Positions 35,612-44,985 of a stretch of 64,000 bases of DNA are shown here, in pieces. A program made the position numbers and the translations under genes. The notes beneath the pieces are model-generated. The model was not told the origin of the DNA and ran no database searches. It saw only the letters and a list, made by a program, of their open reading frames with translations. The number at the start of each line of letters is the position of its first letter. Position 1 is the first letter of the stretch. This DNA is from Takakia lepidozioides (Eukaryota; Plantae; Bryophyta), in contig CM060731.1 in the NCBI GenBank assembly GCA_030704615.1, forward strand, positions 25,482,001-25,546,000, written 5' to 3'.

Positions 35612-36985
35612 TCATGGTGCCGTCGTGGCAGTCTTGACCCTCAAATCTAAGGATCCCTCCGGCACTACACCTCCCACTATCTCCGCAGAAGATGAAGTAA
35701 CCTCCCCACTCTCACAGAGTGTAGCTGCCAGCCTGAACACCTCAGCTGGTCTTACCTCCGGCGTCGCAATCATGGTAGCTGAGAACAATGGAGCCTGACA
35801 CACAGATGTGGCCGCTCCCAGCAACACACTAGCTGCCGTAGCCTTGGCAACACTAGGTAGTGGTGTTACCCGTGTAGCTCTCCCCAATGGTGTAGTAACC
35901 TCCGCCTCGGTAACAGTCGGGCGAGAACTAGGTGCCATGGATGGCGTCGACACTGTCTCCGCCAATGTGAATGACTGAGGGAGCCTAGCCTGACAGCTTG
36001 CCTCCCCACGCTGTAGATACAACTCCACCTCTGTACCTCGTGGCTCAAGAACTCGTGTTGCTCCTCGAGTCACGGCTGCAGCAGACTCCCCCTGCACTAG
36101 TGGTAGTGCTGCTCCACACATGAATCCCATACCTCTCATATCTTCTCCCTCAGGAGCAGGAGGTGGACCATCCGGCCTTGGAGCCGGTACCACCTGAGCT
36201 GTAGCCATGGTAGCGAGCCTCTACTCTAGCTGCTGAAGCCGGTTGGCCATGCCTTGGTCAACACCCTGACCTCCGCGTCCTTGCCATGTTGAGCTTGCCC
36301 TGGCCTACACCCATGCCTGGCCACCTCGTCTTCTTTGGGCTGCTCCCCCTCGCCCCCGGCCACCATTGTTTCCTTGGAACTGGCCTGGGCGCAACTCGGG
36401 ATGCAAACCATAACATTGGGCCTCTCCATGCCCGTGCTTGCCACAATGCCCATTCTGCAACTGTGCAGGCTGTGCATGTGCCAGCCCTTTGCCTCCCTCT
36501 GGACAATCCTTCTTGACGGTGGGTCCTCCACATGTCCAATACACCACATCCGCCCATTGTTGGCCTTCAAATGAAGGGAGAGACCCCTGCATCTGAGGTC
36601 CTCTCTACCCTTCCCTGAGCTTCACCTGAGCCCCCTTGTTGCCTTGAGCACGTTGAGGTAGTGGTTGGCTAGGAGCACCAGTACCCCGTGGTGTCTCCTT
36701 AGCAAATCCCACCATGACCACTCGTTCCTCCATCATGTTGAGCTCTATCCGCTCTGCCAGCAAAAACACATTTGCTAAGGTAGGTTGGGCCGCTTGTAGG
36801 AGAGTTGCATCCCGCACCCTTCTCCTCAGCTCCTTGTCCAATATCCCATACCAAAATTGGACTGCCTGAGCAGGAGGTGAAGGTGGCCTAAACCGCACAC
36901 CTCGTCTCGTGTACCCACTAGTATCGCTAGTGCTCAAACCGATACTATCCCCAGCAACTAGTGGCACCTCCGTGTTGACACTCAA
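35612..36985 (-). pseudogene. Gag-like region with degenerate zinc knuckle
   Basis: FWYGILDKELRRRVR...TLANVFLLAERIE capsid-like segment and HCGKHGHGEAQC knuckle. Confidence 0.65.
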
Positions 36986-37639
36986 CCGGTCATAAATATG
37001 TCCCTAACCCCCTCTCCACAAGGTAACCGGGTAGAGAACCTGTTGCGGCTTATGGTTTGGAATACTAAGTTCCTAACATAGCCTACACCTGTACCTGCAT
37101 CCACCGCAAGCACTCCTATGGTTGGCTGGTCATCACCTCCAACCTCACCACAGGAGAAACAATGATGGTCTGGCTGGTCATCACCCCAGCCTCACCATCG
37201 ACAGTACGCTCTAGGACTGGCCGGTGATCAAATCCGGACCAATCACCTATAAAAACAAGCACCCACACAAAACTAGCATGGCGCACAGTCAAGCATGCAG
37301 GTATGGAGGGGATCCAAACACAAGAAATTAGAACGACAACTCCCCCACACCAAAAACAACTCCACGGTGTTGCTCTTGCAAGGACACCCCAGCCCAAACC
37401 CGGACTAACTCTTGCCTCCACCTACGGAAAGGTCTTGGCCTAATGAGAGGGTGAAAACTATGAGGAAGAGAAGCTAAAGCAATGCCTAACCCCAACATGT
37501 CCTCATCCCAACACTCTTCCTCTCCTCTTTTCCCTCACTTGCATGACCATGGGAATATCATGAAGATACTCCTCAAACCGCCCTCCACGAGCTTCAAAAT
37601 TCGGCCTTTAAGACCACATGCCAGTCCTTAGGTAGTCCA

Positions 37640-38600
37640 CCCATGCCTCCACGAGTCAGCACAGGCCGTCCACAGGTCAACACGGGCCACCACAGACCAG
37701 CACAGGCCCACACAGCTCACTGGTCACAGCCGTCACAGCCAGCAGCCCTACACAGGTCACAGGGTCACAGGGTCACAGCCCCACAGGCCGCAGCCTATCA
37801 CAGCCCGTCACAGCCCCAAAGGCCACATGTCACTGTCACAGCCCATCACAACCCAAAGGCCACAGCACAGCCTGTCACAGCCCTATAAAGGTCACAGGGT
37901 CACAGCCCCAAAGGCCACAGCCTATCACAGCCCCGTCCGTCACAGCCCCCACAGGCCATAGGCACAGGGCACACAGCCCTACAACAGGGGTCACAGCGCC
38001 AAAGGCCACAACAGCCCGTCATAGCCCCTCACAGCCCTCACAGCCCCACAGGCCACATGGCACGCCTGTCACAGCCCTACACAGATCACGGGTCACAGCC
38101 CAAGGCCCACAGCCCATTACAGCCGCCCCAGTTGACATGGGCACAGCCAGTCACAGCCCCTCACAGCCCATCACATGTCCAGCCCGTCACAACCCCACAG
38201 GCCACAGGGCACAACCCACCACAGCCTGTCACAGCCACCACAGGGCACACAGCCCACACCACAGGCACCCAGCCTGCACACAGCCCACAGGCCACGTCCA
38301 CAGTCACAGCCCACAACCCCACAGGCCACAGGCCACAGCCTGTCACAGCCCCTCACAGCCCGTCACAGCCCCACAGGCCACTGGGCACAACCTGTCACAG
38401 CCCGCCACAGCCTGTCACACACATCCCCTTACAGCCCCTCACAGGCACATGGCACAACCCGCCACCACAGCGTGTCACACAGCCCGTCACAGCCCCACAT
38501 GCCACAGGGCACAGTCTGTCACGGCCTACCATAGCCTGTCACAGCCCGTCACAGCCCCACAGGCCACAGGGCACTGTCTGTCACAGCCTACCATAGCCAT
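37640..38600. repeat. Degenerate CACAG(C/G)C minisatellite in the retroelement 5' leader
   Basis: Dozens of TCACAGCC / CCACAGGCCACAG units. Confidence 0.9.
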
Positions 38601-39988
38601 CTACTCATGATAGTATTTCTACCATTTCTCCAAGGGGTTTAGCCACGCCAAGCTAGGGTTTGTGTCTCTTGGACTCTAGGCTTCTTTGTACCGAGCTATG
38701 GCAGCTGTGTAGAAATCAGCAATATATTCTTGCTCTTTCGGCTCCCACACACCATCAATAGTAGCCCTAAGCCATGAGGAAGATGGTTGCCACAAACCAA
38801 GCCTTCTTTCTCACTTAGACTCCCCAAACACGCCACTAAACTCAATGGCAAACAACCAAGCCTTGCTGGTTTCCAGCCCTTGTGAGCACTCATTCAAGCG
38901 TTTCCCTTGGCCATAGCATTTGTCTTAGAGCCTATTCCAGCCCCCTACACCTGCCACTTCAAGAGCCATGCTCTATCTAGGCTTGAGGTTGAAACCCCAA
39001 CTCAGAACACGCTCTACAAGTGTCGGACTGTCATATAAGAGCAGATCAGCCCCTTACCTTCTCTTCTAGTTCTCTAAAGCTTGAAAACAAAAGCCCAATG
39101 GACTGAAGGCATGCTCCACACATGCCCCACCTCTCACCACCAGAGAATCAGCCCCTTTGCTTTCTTTCTTGCACCCACCAACCTGAAAATACACGCTTCA
39201 GCGGGCTGGAAGCATGCTCCACACATGCCCTACAGGGAAACCAGCCCCTTCCTTCTTTTCTTGCACTCCCAAACCTGAAAGTACAAGCCTTCAACAGGCT
39301 GAAAGCATGCTCCACACATGCATTGCTCTCACATACGGGAAGTCAGCCCTTCCCTCTTCCTTGCTTGCCCTCCAAGCTTGAAGATGGAAGCTTCAATGAG
39401 CTGAATACATGCTCCACACATGCAACCTTTTCACACAAGAGGTATCAGCCCCCTATCTTGGCTCCTTAGCTCCTTGATGCTCTCTAAGACAAGACTAAGC
39501 ACTCCACAGCCCTTGCCAAGCTCCTGAAACCATAAGGCTTACATTTCCAGCCAAAGACACTCATCTTGTGGTGCAAGCTCTTCTTCCAAGCTCTGAAACC
39601 CTAGGTGCACATTCCATGGTCTTGCCGCACCTCTTAGCTCCTATTCCAGCCCTGCTCTTGCCATGACAAGAGCCCTCTCAATGCTGAAGCTCGAGATTGA
39701 AACCCAATCTCAACATACTCCACAAAGTGCACTGATTTGCCCCAAGCCAAAATCAGCCCTTTCGCTTGGTCTTGCAATCCTGCAGCATGGTGCTTTCATC
39801 TCTGAAGCTGAAGATCAAATGCCAAGGTCTACCACCTCGTAACCCACATCGCCTCCGCTTCTAACAACCAAGAGCTCCACGGTGCTCCTTGCATAACAAC
39901 CTGGTTTCTCTCATTCTCAAGCAAAAACCACAAGTGCTACAACTAACTCGTATCTAGCACTCACAGATACGAGCTCATCTTTCTCGAG

Positions 39989-40315
39989 TGATAAAGAAGA
40001 AGAATACAAGCACAAGCTCATGCAAGCTCACAAATCTGAAGCATAAACTCATGCATATATAAACTCATCACTCAAATACAAGTCAAGCCAAGTGCACCCC
40101 ACGCCATGGGGAATCCACACTACGGCACCATAGCTAGGCGCGGTGAGGCTCAACTCGAGAAAGATGAGCCTCCCGCGCTTGCCATGAAGATAACCACTCC
40201 AGGGCCTAAATCTGCCTTGACCCTTGGATTGACACTTGGGCCAATCCCAAATGTCAATATGTAAAAGCTAGTTATTTCCTAGCTAGTTTCACACTAGTGG
40301 TAAAATAACTTGACA
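39989..40315. repeat. Terminal repeat B (5' end of the DNMT element)
   Basis: 327-bp direct repeat of 30991-31317; four substitutions counted by eye. Confidence 0.93.
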
Positions 40316-40702
40316 ATGGATTCAAGTAGGAACGAATTAGTGTAATCCATTAGGTTGACCGCTTTTTGCTTTTGCCTAAGTTCCGAGCCATTCGCTCATC
40401 TGCGCAAGCCTTCCTATCCTATATATTTCCTTGATAATGATCCACATTATCGGCCCTTCTAATGATATCCTCTTGGCTTTTAATCACTTTGTTACCCAAA
40501 TCCACTCTCTAGGGCTCACTATTCAACCCCACAAATCCACAGTTTGGTCACTCTCTCGTTTGCCTTCAGATTTTGTGCCCCCTTCCAACTTTCTAGCACC
40601 ATCTAAGGGTATTCCAGTGTTAGGTATTTTTTTTGGTATTATCCCTTATACAACCTCTTTCCTCCAAGACATCTTGCTACATGATATCAGCCATATAGAC
40701 CT
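40316..40702 (+). pseudogene. Decayed LINE reverse transcriptase, fragment 2
   Basis: VGTN*CNPLG*PLFAFA (QGDPL motif), IHIIGP...AFNHF...LGLTIQPHKSTVWS, GIPVLG. Confidence 0.75.
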
Positions 40703-40856
40703 TGTTGTGCGCATACGTATTGCTACACAACTACATCATTATCCAAACCACACAAACACATATGTACACACAAACCAGTCTGCCGCGGGAAAAGATGCAC
40801 AAAACCAAACCAAAGTTTCACTTATAAAGTAAGAGTTGAGCCAAGTACACCCCAGG
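40703..40856. repeat. Diverged relative of the A/B terminal repeat of the DNMT element, interrupted at 40857
   Basis: TGTTGTGCGCATACGTATTGCTACACAACTACATC aligns with the start of A; AGCCAAGTACACCCCA aligns with the middle of B. Confidence 0.75.
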
Positions 40857-41509
40857 GATGCCTCGGCGTGAGCCTGGTCACGTGAGCGCGTGAGCGCAAC
40901 TGCGCTCACGCCACGTCACCTTGCGCCAATGCCACATCACGGGGCTCACTCCACGTCATCACACTTGAAGACCGCGTCACCACGCGCCCAGGAAGAAGTG
41001 GAGTGTATTCCCGCGGATTGGCACCCTTTACCGCGGAAACAAGCTGGACAACATAATAAAAGGCAGTGGTCATTCCCACGTGAAAGCAACAGATGAATAA
41101 AGGATGGATGAATGTACAGTTGGATGATAAACATGGATGAGTGTGAAAAATGAATGTAGATGGATGAATGTATAATGGATGTTGAGCAATGAAAAACATT
41201 CATGACAGGAAGATGCATGACTAAAACTTTAGACGAATGCACAACGTATATGACATGAATGTGGTAGGTTTGTGGGGTGGATTAAAGAGTACAGAGGATG
41301 AATGTACAATGGATGTTGAACAAAGGAAAACATTCATGAATGGAACATGCATGAATACACTGTAGATGAAAGCACAATGGATATGACAAGAGTGAGGGAG
41401 GTTTGTGAGATGGATTCATAGATATTGCAATTTAAATGGTAGTTGCGGTGGAGGAAGGGGATTCAACGTTTTCCAAAGAGGATGAAACAGAATATTAAAA
41501 GAACATAGT

Positions 41510-42035
41510 TCAGTCTGACTCAGAGTCAGTACAATGTATCCCCTTTTCCTCTGCATCTAAGTCTAAGTATTTAAGAACTCCGGATCTACGCTGGCTACAC
41601 CTACGGCCCGGGCAGTAAAAATTCAGGGGATAGGGACTCGCCGCGCGTGAAGTGCCATTGCTTCGGCATAATCAGGAAGCAGAAAATTGGAAAGGGGGCT
41701 GTCAAAAACAGACTCGCCACAAATGACTGTATCTCCTGAAGATCCACCGCTGCCTTTCCTGAAAGACAACCTGAAAAAGTTATTACTGTAACTTTGATGT
41801 TATTGAGAAATTGAGTATGACTCCCAAAGTGGATTTAGCACTTACTCACATGAAAAGTCGTTGTCGACCTGCTTATCTTCGGGATCGTCATCATTTCGAA
41901 TTTGAATCCGATCAGTCTGTGTGCCTGAAGTGGAGCCAGACAAAAGAGGGAGGAGCACTGTGTTGTAGAGGTCAGAATCACCCTCCATGCCAAAAAGGCT
42001 TCTTCCGCCTGCCTTGCATGCATGGTAAGTTGCTC
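41510..42035 (-). pseudogene. Last two exons of ParB-MTase paralogue 1 (post-motif-I region and C-terminal tail)
   Basis: After the AG acceptor: GATYHACKAGGRSLFGMEGD...QVDNDFSCE, then LLPDYAEAMA...KYLDLDAEE; homologous to 46391-46963. Confidence 0.8.
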
Positions 42036-43293
42036 CTGCACCAGACAGGAGGACATAAACAGTGGGGGGGATTTAAGCAGATGGAACTGGTGAAAGAAAA
42101 TCAATTCGGAAGGGAGAGAACGATGCCATTGGATTCATTCACGAACGTGCTCAGTCCTCAGCAGATGAAGAGGTGTGCTGAGAAGAAGACAAGCACATGG
42201 TACAGCTTGACAAGAGAGGCTTTTCTTGACTACATGTACACTGTAAGCTTCTTGACACTTGTTTGCTTGTTGTTACTGCAGATTTTGTCAAGAAACGCCA
42301 GTGTTTGATTCTTTTACCTGTTATGAATGCAGCAAGAAATAGCAGAAACTGGTTTGAAGGCGAAAGCTGAGTACTATGATTCCCACACAGAAGAGCAGAG
42401 GTCTGCAACTGGGCTTGAGGACATGATGAAATTCGAGATGAACAATCAAAGGAAAAACCTCATGAGTGCATTCGACAAACAAATCCGGATAGCAGATCCA
42501 GGTCTTGGCACGGAATTTCTGGAGCAGGTGAAAGCACATTATGACAAGTATGGCTCTAAGCCAGAAATGACTCAAGAGAAACTACATCGCCTTTCCATTT
42601 CAATGGTGGACAATGCAACCAAAATCAGGTGGTTGGAGATCTGGAATTCGGATCCACTTGTGAGAGACACCAACATGTTCCCAACCCTGAGAGGGACTCG
42701 AAGACACAAGCAATAAAAGTTGTTAGCGACCACACATTCGACCAGTGGCTACACAAAGCCACATTCTGGAGCCAGGTATGGTTTCCACAAAACCATTTTT
42801 AGAAAGTAGTGTTGCTCCGTAATGTCTCGCGAATTCTTATGAGCTTTCTTGTTGCAGTTAGAAAAACGTGCAGTCGCTGCACTTGGTGCAGACTAAGGTA
42901 GAGTCCATTGCACAGGTTCCACGATGTGGTTGCATTTCACCCCTTCCCCCATCATTTGCTCATAGGTATGATCCAAGCATGGCAGACTACAAAATCCAGA
43001 TGGTTTGCCCCCGGATCACACTGGAGGCCTACATCAAGAGATGGAAGCTCGCTGTCTGGAACAACTGCTTCTTCAGGGAGTTTGAGAAAGACAAAGGAAT
43101 CTCCAGGTCGTACGAATTCAAAAACCAGTACAACAGCGAAGTAATGAAACGAGTGTTGTACAGATGTGACCTCGTTGAAACAAATTTGGTACTTGAAGGG
43201 CATGTTTCTGCATTCTTGTGTTGTACTTTCTATATAGCAGCTCGAATTTGTAGGTTATGAGGGAGCTCTGAGGGCTCTGGATGTGCAATCGAG

Positions 43294-43914
43294 CAACATT
43301 GCGTTAACGCAAGCTTGTATCCCGTTGTTTTGGTTTCAATTTCCTATAGGTGGGGTCTCCCATAATGCCATTTTTCTCCATGTGAAAGGTGAAAAACTGA
43401 CAGGAAAATCAGTCTTGCGTCAACGCAAGGTTGATGAAGGGCCAGGCTATGTAGGTTTACCTGGGTTTTTGGGCTATAATTTGCTGTCATTTCCAGTTTC
43501 AATGCTGCCAAGATGAACATAAAGTCTGTTTGGAGTCTGTTTGAAATGCTATTTAGAGCTTATTCTGTACCATCAAACAGACTTGCGTTGACGCAACGTT
43601 GTTTGGTGGTATGGATTGCTAGAAATGTCCCGCAGCAATACCCCGATTTCCATACAATTGTAGGAAAGTTGTGGTTGTCATATACCATGGACATGTGTTT
43701 CAACAGAGGAAATCAACATTGTGCCAACGCAATGTTGAATATCCGTACCAGTCGATATTCGAAAGGATGTTTTCAAGCACTGTTTTCCATTTCCACTGTA
43801 AATGAAAACAACCTTGCGTTGAAGCAATGTTGAATTGCCCTTGTCAAAGAACAGTTCTCCGCATTTTGTGTTTCCCATTTCTGCTCGATTCAACATTGCG
43901 TCAACGCAAGGTTG
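43294..43914. repeat. Array of six 24-bp palindromes (consensus CAACMTTGCGTYAACGCAAKGTTG) with non-repeated spacers, intronic
   Basis: Copies start at 43294, 43410, 43578, 43714, 43809 and 43891. Confidence 0.9.
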
Positions 43915-44599
43915 ATTCGGGACTGCAAAGGTGATTTCTGCGTGTTGCTTTCCTGCATTTCAATATCATTTTCCTGATGTGTGATCTGTTTCATTTTCAG
44001 ATCGAATGACTGCCTGGATTTTGTGTGTGTGATTCAGGTACATGTATCATGTCCTCATACCGGAAAGTACCTTAGCGATGACCCAGACTTCATCTACTCA
44101 TGGGCTGACCCCTCCAATGACAAGACAATGTACACGGCTGGTATTGCCAGAGACTGGAGCAGGGCGCACTTCAGAGACTGTGGGTGGTACCTCGACCTGC
44201 CAAAACAAGACACACCATTCGATGAAGTTGTTTTGAGAAACCTGAACGACAACGCCGCAGCAATTGCCCCACTAGCTGACAAAGACATTCAGGATAGAAT
44301 CATTTCTGCTCTGGCTGCAAAAGAGCCCGAGAAATCTGCTACTCCAAAACGAAAGGGGAAGATTGTCGGGGATCCAAAGGGGAAGGGGAAAAGTGCAGCT
44401 CCTCAAGGACAGGGACCGTCAGAGGTCCCTGAAAGACAACCTTCTCCAACTAGGAGGGATAGGAGAACATCAAAGTCGAGGGAGCAGCCTTTCGAGGCGA
44501 GAGAACATCCCTCCAGGGTTTTGGCAAAGCAAACCAAAATATCATTTGGAGGCAAATGATTTATTCGTCTGTTGATTTATTTGTGATTAATCGTTAATG

Positions 44600-44985
44600 G
44601 TGAAAAGGATAAACCAAAGGTTCCTTGATAAAAAAAATTTGAATGATTTGAAATTTTGCCAGTATGTTCTACATGCCTCTTACATGGACCGGACAAGTAT
44701 GAGATCAATCAGAAATGATTCACAGGAGGAACCAATGGTTACTTGATGTGCCGATTTCTGAATGCTTTCAAACTTTGCCATTGCATTGTACATGCCCTCT
44801 TAAAGGTATCGGACAAGTATGAGTTCGATTTAAAATATTGCAATGGATGAACCAATGGTATCTTCATCCAACAATTTTTTATTGTTTTGAAACTTTGTCA
44901 GTATATTGTACATGCCGTCAAACAGGTACCAAACAAGTATGAGGTCATTCAAAAATGGTTCAAAGGATGAACCTTGTATTTCCAA
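44600..44985. repeat. About three copies of a 120-bp tandem repeat, intronic
   Basis: ACAAGTATGAG and AACCAATGGT-like motifs recur at 120-bp spacing. Confidence 0.85.

Larger units (their letters stand above)
30814..40315 (-). mobile_element. Ty3/gypsy-type retroelement with C5-DNA methyltransferase and integrase-PHD; RT/RNaseH deleted; split terminal repeats
   Basis: Ends TGTCG...TTGACA. Repeat A at 30814-30989 and 31320-31500; repeat B at 30991-31317 and 39989-40315. Minus-strand order is gag, PR, DNMT, RT start, INT, PHD, with PPT-like AGGAGGGCGA just before 31500. Confidence 0.9.

Noticed and set aside
38057-38610. Overlapping Pro/His/Thr-rich ORFs
   Set aside because: Stop-poor by-products of the CACAG minisatellite.
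30814-40315. Classification as a DIRS/Ngaro tyrosine-recombinase element because of the split repeats
   Set aside because: It encodes an aspartic protease and an HHCC/DDE integrase; no tyrosine-recombinase motifs were seen.
40853-40861. CAGGGATG resembling the Ac/hAT terminal repeat
   Set aside because: No matching CATCCCTG end and no 8-bp TSD found.
43294-43914. CRISPR array interpretation of the 24-bp palindromes with unique spacers
   Set aside because: Repeats are degenerate, spacing is irregular (82-168 bp), the array is inside a spliceosomal intron, and no cas genes are present.
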